The notes beneath the pieces are model-generated. The model saw only the letters and a program-made list of their open reading frames with translations. It was not told the DNA's origin and made no database searches. Of a stretch of DNA of 62,346 bases, positions 19,271 through 31,913 are shown in pieces. The position numbers and the translations under genes were made by a program. Each line of letters starts with the position of its first letter. Positions within the stretch are counted from its first letter, which is position 1. The DNA is taken from the NCBI GenBank assembly GCA_963650985.1, contig CAVJNL010000001.1, forward strand, positions 1-62,346. The letters are read 5' to 3'. This DNA comes from Clostridium sp. CAG:413. GTDB taxonomy: Bacteria; Bacillota; Clostridia; Oscillospirales; Oscillospiraceae.

Positions 19271-20620
19271 TTATCTTCTGTTAGAGCGGATCCAAATGCC
19301 CTGCTTCTCCGCCGCGGCGATCAGATCCTCTCGGAAATTCGGGTGCGCCACGGAGATGAGCCGCTCGGCCCGCTCCCAGGTGCTGCAGCCCACCAGGTTC
19401 ACGCCGCCGTACTCGGTGACGATGTAGTAGGCCAGGCTCCGGGGGTCCGTGACCACATCGCCCGTGACCAGGGTGGGGTTGATGCGGGAGACCATCTCGC
19501 CCTTCTTGTTGGTGAAGGAGGAGGTCAGGCAGATGAACGCCTTGCCGCCCCGGGACACCGCCGCGCTCTCCAGGAAGTCAAGCTGGCCGCCGGTGCCGCT
19601 GATCTGCCGGGTGCCGGAGCTCTCAGCGCAGATCTGACCATACAGGTCCACGGAAATGCAGTTGTTGATGGACACGAAATTGTCCAGCTTGCCCACCGTG
19701 GCCGGGTCGTTGCAGTAGGAAATGGGGTAAGTAACCACGCCCGGGTTCTCGCGGATCCAGTCGTACAGGTCCTGGGAGCCCAGCGCGAAGCCGAACACGC
19801 TCTTATAGCGGTCCAGGGCCTTCTTGTTGTTGGTGATCTTCCCCGCCTTGTACATATCCAAATAGGAGTCGCACAGCATCTCCGTGTGGATGCCCAGGTC
19901 CTTCAGGTCGCTCTTGGCGATCATCTGACCCACGGCGTTGGGCAGGGAGCCGATACCCAGCTGCAGGGTGGAGCCGTCCACCATGTTCTGCACCACGAAC
20001 TCTGCAATGGTCATCTCCGCCTCGGAGGCCGCCGGGGTGTTCACATTGGGCAGCGGGCCGTGGTCGCCCTCCACGATCATGTTCACATCGCTGATGTGGA
20101 TGCACTCGTCCAGGCCACCGTAGACCCAGGGCAGATTCTCGTTCACCTCCAAAATGACGATGTCCGCCTTGTCCAGCACCGCACGGGCGGATGCATTGCT
20201 GACGGAGAAGTTGAAATATCCGTGCTCGTTCATGGGCGTCACGCACATCATCGCCACATTCACCGTCAGGAAATGGCTGTAATACGCGCCCAAATTGCGG
20301 AACACCATGGGGATGAAGTTGCACAGCCCCCGGTCGCAGAGCTTGCGCTCATAGCCGGACAGGTGCCAGCTGTTGTAAATGAAATGCTCCCGGGTGGGGT
20401 CCGACTCCACCATCTGAATGGGCTGGGAGATCAGGTATCCCCGCACCTTCACGCCCCGCAGCTCGTCCTTGCGGCGGGCAATGGCGGCGTCCATCAAAGA
20501 CGGAAAAGCTCCGCCCATAGAAACATCGATCCAGTCACCGCTCTTGACAACTCTCGCTGCCTCGTCCGGGGTGCAGAGTTTGCGTTTATATTCGGCTGAA
20601 TAATCAAACGGAATGGCCAT
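19271..20620 (-). CDS. but: Butyryl-CoA:acetate CoA-transferase (acetyl-CoA hydrolase/transferase family)
   Basis: YKRKLCTPDEAARVVKSGDW, EHFIYNSWH, LQLGIG, GIHTEM, QISGTGGQLDF. Substrate is inferred. Confidence 0.8.
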   Translation of the reverse strand: MAIPFDYSAEYKRKLCTPDEAARVVKSGDWIDVSMGGAFPSLMDAAIARRKDELRGVKVRGYLISQPIQMVESDPTREHFIYNSWHLSGYERKLCDRGLCNFIPMVFRNLGAYYSHFLTVNVAMMCVTPMNEHGYFNFSVSNASARAVLDKADIVILEVNENLPWVYGGLDECIHISDVNMIVEGDHGPLPNVNTPAASEAEMTIAEFVVQNMVDGSTLQLGIGSLPNAVGQMIAKSDLKDLGIHTEMLCDSYLDMYKAGKITNNKKALDRYKSVFGFALGSQDLYDWIRENPGVVTYPISYCNDPATVGKLDNFVSINNCISVDLYGQICAESSGTRQISGTGGQLDFLESAAVSRGGKAFICLTSSFTNKKGEMVSRINPTLVTGDVVTDPRSLAYYIVTEYGGVNLVGCSTWERAERLISVAHPNFREDLIAAAEKQGIWIRSNRR

Positions 20621-20651
20621 AGCTTCCTCGCCTCTCTATCATTATTTTACT

Positions 20652-20697
20652 TTGTTAATTTTATCACTTTCCTGTCACTTTGTCAATGCTTTAACAG
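20652..20697 (-). promoter_or_regulatory. SigA promoter of but overlapped by two Rex-like operators
   Basis: TTGACA-17-TAAAAT; 18-mers CTGTTAA-AGCA-TTGACAA (20680-20697) and AAGTGAT-AAAA-TTAACAA (20652-20669) versus Rex TTGTKAA-N4-TTMACAA. Confidence 0.7.
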
Positions 20698-20708
20698 GAA
20701 ATCTCAGG

Positions 20709-20741
20709 AAAAAGCGGGCGGGGTTTTTGCGCCCCGCCCGC
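20709..20741 (-). terminator. Terminator after the PFOR gene
   Basis: Minus strand GCGGGCGGGG-CGCAAAAA-CCCCGCCCGC-TTTTT. Confidence 0.8.
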
Positions 20742-20766
20742 AGCGGTCCTGTTTTTCAGGCGGCGA

Positions 20767-23700
20767 TCAGCCCTCGGACTTCCGCTTGTAGTACTCGTAC
20801 TTCTCCTTGGCGGCCTCTTCCGCGTCGGCGAAGAGCACCTTGGCGTTCTCCGGGAAGCTCAGCTCCAGGGATGCGTAGCGCACCTCGCCCTTCATGAAGT
20901 CGTAGAGCGGCATGGTGGGCTCCTTGGAGTCCAGGGTGAACTTCTTGGTCTCGGGGCTGTAGCGGTACAGGTTCCAGTAGCCGGAAGCCACCGCGTCCTT
21001 CATCTCCTGCTGGACATTGTTCATGCCCTTCTTGATGCCGTGGTTGATGCAGGGAGCGTAGCAGATGACGATGGACGGGCCCTTGTGCGCCTCGGCCTCC
21101 TTGATGGCCTTGATCAGCTGGTTGGGGTTGGCGCCCATGGAGCACTGAGCTACATAGACATTGTCGTAGGTCATCAGCAGCAGACCCAGGTCCTTCTTGC
21201 GGGTCTTCTTGCCGCTGGCCTGGAACTGGGCCACCGCGCCCACGGGGGTCGCCTTGGAGGACTGGCCGCCGGTGTTGGAATACACCTCGGTATCCACCAG
21301 CAGCACATTCACATCCTCGCCCATGGCAAACACATGGTCCAGACCGCCGTAGCCGATGTCGTAGGCCCAGCCGTCGCCGCCGTACATCCACATGGTCTTC
21401 TTGGACATATCCTTACGGCGCTTGAGGATCTCGGCCACCACGGCCTGCTCCTCGGCGCTGAACTTCGTGCTCTCCAGCACGGCCAGCAGCTCGTCGGTGG
21501 CAACAGAGGAAGCATCCAGGTCGTCGTAGGTCTCCAGCCACTTGGCGATGGCGGCCTTCACGGCGGCGTCCTTGGTCATGCCGTCCAGCTGCTTTACGAA
21601 CTCCGTCACGGCGGCGCGCAGCTGCTTCACAGCCAGGCACATGCCGTAGGAGAACTCGGCGTTGTTTTCAAACAGGGAGTTGGACCATGCCACGCCCTTG
21701 CCGGCCTTGTTTTTGCAGTAAGGCACGCAGGGCATAGCCGCGCCCCAGGCCTGGGTGCAGCCGGTGGCATTAGCCAGGTACATCTTGTCGCCGTAGAGCT
21801 GGGTCAGGAGCTTGATATAGGGGGTCTCGCCGCAGCCGGCGCAGGCGCCGTTGAACTCCACCAGAGGCTGGCGCAGCTGGCTGCCCTTGAGGGTGAACTT
21901 GTCGATGCAGTCGTTCTTCTCGGGCAGGGTCTGCAAATACTGCCAATTGGTTTGGTCCAAAGACACCTCGTGGGTGGGGACCATCTTCAGCGCCTTGCCG
22001 CTCTTGGGGCAGGAGGAAACGCAGCTGCCGCAGCTGGTGCAGTCCAGGGTGGAGACGCCCATGGTGTACTTGAGGCCGTCCATCTTGGGACCCTTGGCAT
22101 CCACCAGGACCATATCGGCGGGAGCATTAGCAGCTTCCTTCTCGTCCAGCAGATAGGGCCGAATCACCGCGTGGGGGCACACGAAGGAGCACATATTGCA
22201 CTGGATGCACTCGCTGGAATCCCACACGGGCAGGTGCGTGGCGATGCCGCGCTTTTCATACTGGGAGGTGCCCAGGGGCATGGTGCCGTCCTCCATGCCC
22301 TTAAAAGCGGAGACGGGCAGCAGGTCGCCCTTCTGGGCGTTGATGGGCACCAGGATGTTCTTGATGATGTCGGGCATATTCTCCGCAGCGGGCTGGATGG
22401 CGGCACCGGAGAGGTTCTTCCATCTCTCCTTCACCTGCACCTGTTTCACGGCGTTGATGCCCGCATCCACGGCGGCGATGTTCATGTTCACGATCTTCTC
22501 GCCCTTGAGGCCGTAGGTCTTCTTCACGGCGGCCTTCATGTGCTCCACGGCGTCCTCCACGGGGATAACCTTAGCCAGCTTGAAGAAAGCAGCCTGCAAG
22601 ACCATGTTGGAGCGGTTGCCTAGACCCAGGGCCTGAGACTCCTTGTTGGCGTCGATGATGTAGAACTTGATGTCGTTTTCGGCGATGTACTTCAGGATGT
22701 CGCCGGGCATCTTCTGCTCCAGCTCGTCCTCGCTCCACTCGCAGTTGAGCAGGAAGCTGCCGTGGGGCTTCAGCTCGGAGATGATGTCGTACTTGGTCAG
22801 ATAGGTCTGGTTGTGGCAGGCCACGAAGTCGGCATGGCTTACATAATAGGTGGAGCTGATGGGCTTCCTGCCGAAGCGCAGGTGGCTCTTGGTGATGCCG
22901 AAGGACTTCTTGGTGTCGTACTCAAAGTACGCCTGGCAGTACATATCGGTGGTCTCTCCGATGATCTTGATGGAGTTCTTGTTGGCGCCCACGGTACCGT
23001 CGGAGCCCAGGCCCCAGAACTTGCAGGAGATGGTGCCCTCGGGCTCGCAGTTCAGCGCCGGTCCCATGGGCAGGGAGAGGTTGGTCACATCGTCCACGAT
23101 GCCGATGGTGAAGTGGTTCTTGGGCTCGGCCAGCAGGAGGTTATCATACACCGCCTTGATCTGGGCGGGGGTGGTATCCTTGCTGCTGAGGCCATAGCGG
23201 CCCGCGAAAATCTCGGGACGGTCTTTATCGTTGATGTAAGCGGCGCAGATGTCCTCATACAGAGGCTCGCCGATGGAGCCGATCTCCTTCACGCGGTCCA
23301 GAACGGCCACTCTTTTCACGGTCTTGGGCATGGCCGCCAGCAGGTGCTTGGCAGAGAACGGGCGGAACAGATGTACCTGCAGGAAGCCCACCTTCTCGCC
23401 ACGGTCGTTCAGGTACTTCACGGTCTCCTGGACGCAGCCGGTGACGGAGCCCATGGCCACGATGACGCGCTCGGCGTCGGGCGCACCATAATAATTAAAG
23501 AGGTGATATTCCCGGCCCGTCAGCTTGCTGATCTCGGCCATGTAGTCCTCCACGATGTCGGGGAGCTTGTTATAGTCGCTGTTATTGGCCTCGCGGAGCT
23601 GGAAATAAATGTCAGGGTTATCCACCAGGGAACGCATCCGGGGATCCTCGGGATTCAGCGCGTTGGCGCGGAAACGGGCCAGGGCGTCATAGTCCACCAG

Positions 23701-24279
23701 TTTAGTAAATTCGCTGTACTCCAGGGCCTCTACCTTTTGAATCTCGTGGCTGGTGCGGAAGCCGTCAAAGAAATGCAGGAACGGAATGCGGGCCTTGATG
23801 GCGGACAGGTGGGCCACACCTGCCAGGTCCATGATCTCCTGCACGCTGCCCGACGACAGCATGGCAAAGCCGGTCTGACGGCAGTTCATCACATCGGAGT
23901 GGTCACCGAAAATTGAGAATGCGTGGGTGCCCACGGTACGGGACGCCACATGCAGCACGCCGGGCAGACGCTCGCCGGAGATACGGTGCATGGTGGGGAT
24001 CATCAGCATCAGGCCCTGGGAGGCGGTGAAGCTGGTGGCCAGTGCGCCAGCCTCCAATGCACCGTGGCAGGCACCGCAGGCACCGGCCTCGGACTGCATC
24101 TCTACCAGTCGGACAGGCTGATCAAAAATGTTCTTCTTCCCTTTTGCGGACCATTCATCCGTGTGCTCCGCCATAGGCGAAGACGGGGTGATGGGGTAGA
24201 TCGCCGCGACCTCGGAAAAGGCGTACGCTACATACGCCGCAGCTTCGTTGCCGTCGCAGATCTTCATGATCTTACTCAT
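20767..24279 (-). CDS. nifJ: Pyruvate:ferredoxin (flavodoxin) oxidoreductase
   Basis: DGNEAAA, YPITPSS, GLGSDGTVGANK, CIQCNMC/CTSCGSC, GACAGCGE, GGDGWAYDIG. Confidence 0.96.
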   Translation of the reverse strand: MSKIMKICDGNEAAAYVAYAFSEVAAIYPITPSSPMAEHTDEWSAKGKKNIFDQPVRLVEMQSEAGACGACHGALEAGALATSFTASQGLMLMIPTMHRISGERLPGVLHVASRTVGTHAFSIFGDHSDVMNCRQTGFAMLSSGSVQEIMDLAGVAHLSAIKARIPFLHFFDGFRTSHEIQKVEALEYSEFTKLVDYDALARFRANALNPEDPRMRSLVDNPDIYFQLREANNSDYNKLPDIVEDYMAEISKLTGREYHLFNYYGAPDAERVIVAMGSVTGCVQETVKYLNDRGEKVGFLQVHLFRPFSAKHLLAAMPKTVKRVAVLDRVKEIGSIGEPLYEDICAAYINDKDRPEIFAGRYGLSSKDTTPAQIKAVYDNLLLAEPKNHFTIGIVDDVTNLSLPMGPALNCEPEGTISCKFWGLGSDGTVGANKNSIKIIGETTDMYCQAYFEYDTKKSFGITKSHLRFGRKPISSTYYVSHADFVACHNQTYLTKYDIISELKPHGSFLLNCEWSEDELEQKMPGDILKYIAENDIKFYIIDANKESQALGLGNRSNMVLQAAFFKLAKVIPVEDAVEHMKAAVKKTYGLKGEKIVNMNIAAVDAGINAVKQVQVKERWKNLSGAAIQPAAENMPDIIKNILVPINAQKGDLLPVSAFKGMEDGTMPLGTSQYEKRGIATHLPVWDSSECIQCNMCSFVCPHAVIRPYLLDEKEAANAPADMVLVDAKGPKMDGLKYTMGVSTLDCTSCGSCVSSCPKSGKALKMVPTHEVSLDQTNWQYLQTLPEKNDCIDKFTLKGSQLRQPLVEFNGACAGCGETPYIKLLTQLYGDKMYLANATGCTQAWGAAMPCVPYCKNKAGKGVAWSNSLFENNAEFSYGMCLAVKQLRAAVTEFVKQLDGMTKDAAVKAAIAKWLETYDDLDASSVATDELLAVLESTKFSAEEQAVVAEILKRRKDMSKKTMWMYGGDGWAYDIGYGGLDHVFAMGEDVNVLLVDTEVYSNTGGQSSKATPVGAVAQFQASGKKTRKKDLGLLLMTYDNVYVAQCSMGANPNQLIKAIKEAEAHKGPSIVICYAPCINHGIKKGMNNVQQEMKDAVASGYWNLYRYSPETKKFTLDSKEPTMPLYDFMKGEVRYASLELSFPENAKVLFADAEEAAKEKYEYYKRKSEG

Positions 24280-24362
24280 TTATACTTCCTCCTCATGGGC
24301 TTTTTCGCTCTTAGACCCGGCCAGCCCTTTGTCCGAATCTGTTTCACAACAATACAATCTAT

Positions 24363-24390
24363 ATTTTAGCACTTTCTTTTTCTGCGTCAA
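24363..24390 (-). promoter_or_regulatory. SigA-type promoter of PFOR
   Basis: TTGACG-16-TAAAAT with TG extension. Confidence 0.6.
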
Positions 24391-24500
24391 TGTGAAGCGA
24401 TAAATTTTGGAACTATTCATAACATCGCCCCCCATTTTTGTTGAAATAAACAATAAAATTACCGCACCAAAACGGTACGGTAATTGTGAATTATAACAAA

Positions 24501-27181
<2,681 letters not shown>

Positions 27182-27241
27182 GGCACACACCCCCTTCATA
27201 CCAGTGTATGCGCGGCGTGTGCGCCCGGTGCGTGTCCGGCC

Positions 27242-28627
27242 TTATTCCTCCCAGCCGTTCACGATGGCCTTGAAGGTCTTGCCCCGCTCCATGAAGTTTT
27301 TGAACTGGTCAAAGGCTGCGCAGGCCGGGGACAGCGTTACCACATCCCCGCTTTGGGCCCGGTCCCGTGCAAACTCCACCGCCTTTTCAAAGGGCGTCAC
27401 CTCCATGATCTCGGGATGGCCCGCCCGATACCCCGGCGCAGCCTCCACAGCGGCGCGGATCTTCCCCGCCGTGGCGCCGCAGAGCACCAGCAGCTTCACA
27501 TGCTCCACCACCTCGGGCCCCAGCACATCGAAGGGAATGTGCTTGTCGTAGCCCCCGGCGATGAGAATCACTTTTTCCTTAAAGGCCCGCAGGCCTGCAA
27601 TGGTCCGGGAGGGGCTGCTGGCAATGGAATCGTTGTAAAACCGCGCCCCGTGGTAGGTCCGCACCAGCTCAATGCGGTGCTCCACGCCATTGAATTCCTG
27701 AGCAAACTTTTTAATAATTTCGTCCGGCACCAGGCCGTCCACCGCCGCGATGGCCGCCATATAATTTTCAATATTGTGTACACCGGGCAGACGAATGTCC
27801 TCCGTGGTCATGATGACCCGTTCCTGTCCATCTTTCCGGCTCACGATGTCCTCGCCCCGCAGGAAAACGCCCTCCTTGGGCTCTTCCTGTCGGCTGAAAT
27901 ACCGCACCTGGCCCGGGGCCAGGCTCCCCTGCTCCCGGGTGATGCCGTTGTCCAGGTTAAAAACGGCCACATCCCCGGCGGACTGGTAGCGGAAAATATT
28001 CTCCTTGGCCGCCACATATTCCTCCATGCCCTTGTGTACATCCAGGTGGTTGGGGGCCAGGTTCGTCACCACGGCTATATGGGGGCTCTGGTGCATAGTC
28101 ATGAGCTGGAAGCTGGAGAGCTCCAGCACCGCGAAGTCTCCCGCCTGCATCTCGTCCGCCTGGCACAGCAGGGGGTTTCCGATGTTGCCGCCCACATGGA
28201 CTGTGTTCCCGACGGCCTTTAAGAGCTCGGCAATGATGGTCGTGGTGGTGGTCTTGCCGTCAGACCCCGTCACCGCCACAAGCGTGCAGGGGCACACCTT
28301 GAAAAAAACTTCCATCTCCGAAGTGATCTCGCTGCCCTGCGCCTTGGCCGCCAGCAGCTCCGGCGCATCGGGCCGCAGTCCCGGCGTGCGGAAGATCACC
28401 TCCTGGGTAAGGCCCTGTAAGTACCCCTCCCCCAACTGCAAACGGCAGCCGTCCTTTTCCAGCTCCTCCGCCAGCGCGCCCAGGGCGGCCCGGTCCCGCT
28501 TGTCGCAGGCCGTGACCCGAATCTTCTCCCGCAGCAAAAGCCGCAGCAGCGGCGTGTTGCTCACCCCGATGCCGATGACGGCCACGGTCTTATTCTTCAG
28601 CGAATCCAAATACTGCCTCAGTGTCAT
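27242..28627 (-). CDS. murD: UDP-N-acetylmuramoyl-L-alanine--D-glutamate ligase
   Basis: GIGVSN, VTGSDGKTTTT, GGNIG, ELSSFQL, LSPACAAFDQF; SD GGAGG before ATG 28627. Confidence 0.96.
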   Translation of the reverse strand: MTLRQYLDSLKNKTVAVIGIGVSNTPLLRLLLREKIRVTACDKRDRAALGALAEELEKDGCRLQLGEGYLQGLTQEVIFRTPGLRPDAPELLAAKAQGSEITSEMEVFFKVCPCTLVAVTGSDGKTTTTTIIAELLKAVGNTVHVGGNIGNPLLCQADEMQAGDFAVLELSSFQLMTMHQSPHIAVVTNLAPNHLDVHKGMEEYVAAKENIFRYQSAGDVAVFNLDNGITREQGSLAPGQVRYFSRQEEPKEGVFLRGEDIVSRKDGQERVIMTTEDIRLPGVHNIENYMAAIAAVDGLVPDEIIKKFAQEFNGVEHRIELVRTYHGARFYNDSIASSPSRTIAGLRAFKEKVILIAGGYDKHIPFDVLGPEVVEHVKLLVLCGATAGKIRAAVEAAPGYRAGHPEIMEVTPFEKAVEFARDRAQSGDVVTLSPACAAFDQFKNFMERGKTFKAIVNGWEE

Positions 28628-28722
28628 ATCTTCAGCCTCCACGACTTTATTTTCTCCTGTCATTATATTCCATATTATGCCCCAGTTCAATTCTTTTTTC
28701 CAACGAAATCTTCCCGCCCCGG

Positions 28723-28751
28723 TTGACTTCCCCCACAGAATACTATATTAT
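28723..28751 (+). promoter_or_regulatory. Promoter of rnpB
   Basis: TTGACT-17-TATTAT ending 6-7 nt before the RNA 5' end. Confidence 0.7.
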
Positions 28752-28757
28752 AATATA

Positions 28758-29100
28758 TGAGCAGGTCGGACGGTCGCGGGGACAAAGGCGAAAGCCTGTC
28801 CATGAGGAAAGTCCGGGCTCCGCAGGGCAAGGATAACGGGTAACGCCCGCCGAAGGCGACTTCAGGAATAGTGCAACAGAGATATACCGCCTCGTTTTCG
28901 AGGTAAGGGTGGAAAGGCGAGGTAAGAGCTCACCCGGCGGCGTGTGAAAGCGTCCGCCGCTGTAAACTCTATCCGGAGCAACACCGCTATGGGAGCAACA
29001 GGCCGGCCCGGCCGCTCCCGAGGTGGCTGGAGCGCACCGGCAACGGTGCGCGTAGATAGATGACCGTATGACAACAGAACCCGGCTTATAGACCTGCTCA
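28758..29100 (+). ncRNA. rnpB: Ribonuclease P RNA (type A)
   Basis: GAGGAAAGTCCGGGCTC, AGTGCAACAG, GTAAAC, ACAGAACCCGGCTTA conserved regions; terminal pairing TGAGCAGGTC/GACCTGCTCA. Confidence 0.98.
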
Positions 29101-29108
29101 CTCAATAT

Positions 29109-29146
29109 GCAACCGGCTGCGTAAATGCGCAGTCGGTTGCTTCTTT
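29109..29146 (+). terminator. Terminator after rnpB
   Basis: GCAACCGGCTGCG..CGCAGTCGGTTGC-TTCTTT. Confidence 0.75.
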
Positions 29147-29311
29147 GCCCCATTTCCACCTCACTTCTCCACTCTCGCTCCGCTCTTTCTCCCTTTTTTC
29201 AGGCTTTACACCCTCTCCCATAGCCGCCTATTTTCCTCATCTTCCGCCCTATTTGTACATATCCCACAATCGAATTCTTCAAATTTATGCATAATTTGTA
29301 ATCTTTACTTC

Positions 29312-29340
29312 TTTACATTATCGCGCTAAAGTGATAGTAT
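29312..29340 (+). promoter_or_regulatory. SigA-type promoter of the amino-acid ABC operon
   Basis: TTTACA-17-TAGTAT with TG extension; imperfect palindrome TTATCGCGCTAA in the spacer. Confidence 0.55.
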
Positions 29341-29404
29341 GGTAGCGTGATAAGAAATTGGCCGGATGCAACGGCCCCATAAAAGAAAAAAGGAGAATGA
29401 AACC

Positions 29405-30214
29405 ATGAAAAACCTGAAGAAAGTTCTGTGCCTGCTCCTGGCAGTGCTGATGACCGTCTCCCTCCTGGCCGCCTGCGGCAAGAAGGACGACAACGCCGAC
29501 GGCAAGAAGGTCTTTACCGTAGGCATCGACGCCGAGTATCCCCCCTTCAGCTACCTGGGCGACGATGGCAACTACACCGGCTTCGACATCGAAGTGGCCC
29601 AGGCCGCCTGCGACCTGCTGGGCTGGGAGATGAAGGTCTTCCCTGTGAACTGGGAGCAGAAGCTGGTGCAGTTGGACGGCAAAGAGTGCGACTGCATCTG
29701 GTCCGGCATGACCATCCTCGACAGCATGAAGACCGCTGGTTATACCCTCTCCGCTCCTTACTATGACAACACCCAGGTCATCATGGTCAAGGAAGGCAGC
29801 GACATCAAGTCCTCCGCCGACCTGTCCGGCAAGGTCGTGGGCGTGCAGTTGGGCACCTCCGGCGACAGCCTGCTCAGCGAGGGCGGCGACCTGGAGTCCC
29901 TTTCCGCCACCTTCAAGTCCCTGGTCCGCAGCGATAGCTTCCTCAAGTGCTTCACCGAGCTGAGCGGCGGCGCCGTGGATGCCGTCATCGTGGATAAGCC
30001 CGTTGCCGAGTCCTATGCCGCCAAGAACGCCGGCTTCACCATCCTCTCCGAGGAGCTGGGCGCCGAGCAGTACGGCATCGCCTTCCGCGCCGAGGACACC
30101 GAGCTGTGCGCCTCCATCGAGGGCGCCGTCAAGACCCTGGTGGATAACGGCACCTACGCCAAGATCGCCGAGAAGTATCCCGACATCGTCAACAACCTCC
30201 TGTTCCTGAACTGA
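29405..30214 (+). CDS. Polar amino-acid ABC transporter substrate-binding lipoprotein
   Basis: Lipobox LAAC, VGIDAEYPPF, GFDIE, IWSGMTI, EQYGIAFR. Confidence 0.93.
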   Translation: MKNLKKVLCLLLAVLMTVSLLAACGKKDDNADGKKVFTVGIDAEYPPFSYLGDDGNYTGFDIEVAQAACDLLGWEMKVFPVNWEQKLVQLDGKECDCIWSGMTILDSMKTAGYTLSAPYYDNTQVIMVKEGSDIKSSADLSGKVVGVQLGTSGDSLLSEGGDLESLSATFKSLVRSDSFLKCFTELSGGAVDAVIVDKPVAESYAAKNAGFTILSEELGAEQYGIAFRAEDTELCASIEGAVKTLVDNGTYAKIAEKYPDIVNNLLFLN

Positions 30215-30251
30215 TCGGACAGGCTGAACCGAAAATGTAAAATCTACGCAC

Positions 30252-30281
30252 CTCCCGGAGGCTCCCATGGGTCTCCGGGAG
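30252..30281 (+). other. Intercistronic stem-loop after the binding-protein gene
   Basis: CTCCCGGAG..CTCCGGGAG with no U tail; typical mRNA-stabilising position in ABC operons. Confidence 0.55.
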
Positions 30282-30310
30282 ACTGCGCCTAAAAAGTTGA
30301 GGAAAAACCA

Positions 30311-30961
30311 ATGACACTATCCACCATGATCCTGAAAATGAGCGAGGGCCTGGGCAATACCTGCGCCATTTTCTTTCTGACCCTGCTGTTTTCCCTGCCG
30401 TTGGGCATGATCTTCGCCCTGCTGCGCATGAGCAAAAACAAGGTTGTGTCCTCTGTCATGCGCTTCATCATCTCCGTTCTGCGCGGCACGCCCCTGATGC
30501 TCCAGCTCCTGGCCGTCACCTACGGCCCGCACTACCTGTTTACGGACATGGGCGTGGCCCGGAATAAGCTCATTCCCGTGGTCATCGCCTTTGCCATCAA
30601 CTACGCCGCCTACTTCGCGGAAATTTACCGCGGCGGCATCGAGTCCATGCCCGTGGGCCAGTACGAGGCCGCCGGCGTCCTGGGCTATACCAAAATTCAG
30701 ACCTTCATGCGCATTATCCTCCCCCAGGTGGTCAAGCGTATCATGCCCAGCGTCACCAACGAGGTCGTCACCCTGGTCAAGGACACCTCCATCGCCTTCT
30801 GCGTGTCCTACGAAGAGCTGTTCACCATCGGCAAGCAGATCGCCAACTCCCAGACCAGCTTCATGCCCTTCCTCATCGCGGGCATCTTCTACTTCCTGTT
30901 CAACGGCATCGTGGATGTGGTCATGGGCCGCATCGAAAAACGCATGGATTATTATCAATAA
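30311..30961 (+). CDS. Polar amino-acid ABC transporter permease
   Basis: RGTPLMLQL, AYFAEIYRGGI..GQYEAA, KDTS motifs. Confidence 0.94.
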   Translation: MTLSTMILKMSEGLGNTCAIFFLTLLFSLPLGMIFALLRMSKNKVVSSVMRFIISVLRGTPLMLQLLAVTYGPHYLFTDMGVARNKLIPVVIAFAINYAAYFAEIYRGGIESMPVGQYEAAGVLGYTKIQTFMRIILPQVVKRIMPSVTNEVVTLVKDTSIAFCVSYEELFTIGKQIANSQTSFMPFLIAGIFYFLFNGIVDVVMGRIEKRMDYYQ

Positions 30962-30973
30962 GGGGGCGCGGAT

Positions 30974-31744
30974 ATGAATATTTTGGAAATCAAAAATGTT
31001 AAAAAGAGCTTCAATGACTCCACGCTCCATGTCCTCAAGGACATCAGCCTCACCGTGGCCCAGGGCGAGGTGGTGGCCATCATCGGCCCCTCCGGCAGCG
31101 GCAAGTCCACCCTGCTGCGCTGCGCCACCCTGCTGACCAAGATGGATAGCGGCGACCTGCTCTATTCCGGCGACTATGCCGCCAAGACTAATGACCAAGG
31201 CGTGTCCGTCTACGCCGACAAGCAGCAGCTGAAGAAAATTCGCAGCCGCTTCGGCCTGGTGTTTCAAAACTTCAACCTCTTTCCCCACTTCTCCGTGCTG
31301 AAGAACCTCACCGACGCGCCCATCCAGGTTCTGGGCCGCAGCAAGGAGGAGGCGGAGAGCAAGGCCCGCTCCCTGCTGGAGAAAATGGGCCTGGCGGACA
31401 AGGCCGACGCCTATCCCTGCCAGCTCTCCGGCGGCCAGCAGCAGCGTGTGGCCATCGCCCGGGCCCTGGCTATGGAGCCGGAAATTCTCTTCTTTGACGA
31501 GCCTACCTCCGCCCTGGACCCGGAGCTGACCGGGGAAATTCTCAAGGTCATCCGCCAACTGGCCGAGGAGCACATGACCATGGTCATTGTCACCCACGAA
31601 ATGAGCTTCGCCCGGGATGTAGCCGACCGCGTCATCTTCATGGACGGTGGCGTCATCGTGGAGCAGGGCGACCCCAAGGAGGTCATCTCCCACCCCAAAG
31701 AAGAGCGCACCCGCCAGTTCCTCGCCCGTTTCGCCCAAAACTAA
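30974..31744 (+). CDS. Polar amino-acid ABC transporter ATP-binding protein
   Basis: [37 protein letters not shown]. Confidence 0.95.
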   Translation: MNILEIKNVKKSFNDSTLHVLKDISLTVAQGEVVAIIGPSGSGKSTLLRCATLLTKMDSGDLLYSGDYAAKTNDQGVSVYADKQQLKKIRSRFGLVFQNFNLFPHFSVLKNLTDAPIQVLGRSKEEAESKARSLLEKMGLADKADAYPCQLSGGQQQRVAIARALAMEPEILFFDEPTSALDPELTGEILKVIRQLAEEHMTMVIVTHEMSFARDVADRVIFMDGGVIVEQGDPKEVISHPKEERTRQFLARFAQN

Positions 31745-31793
31745 GCGATTCCATTTTCAAGGTTTTCAAAACAATTTCATTCTTATTTCATAC

Positions 31794-31833
31794 CCCTACG
31801 CCAAGCCAAAATCTGCCTGGCGTGGGCTTTTTT
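31794..31833 (+). terminator. Terminator after the ABC operon
   Basis: CCTACGCCA..TGGCGTGGG followed by CTTTTTT. Confidence 0.6.
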
Positions 31834-31913
31834 ACGCAAAAATCCGCAGCTCCAATTTCCCACGCAAAAACGGGCGGGGTCTACCCCCGCCCGTCCCAAT
31901 ATTCGAATATCTC

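Noticed and set aside
24330..24500. Rex sites at the PFOR promoter
   Set aside because: Only one perfect half-site (TTGTGAA) and two 16-bp TTGT-N8-ACAA elements with the wrong spacing for Rex.
29150..29265. Pyrimidine-rich tract after rnpB as a riboswitch or sRNA
   Set aside because: No stable stems or known motifs; lies upstream of the predicted ABC promoter.
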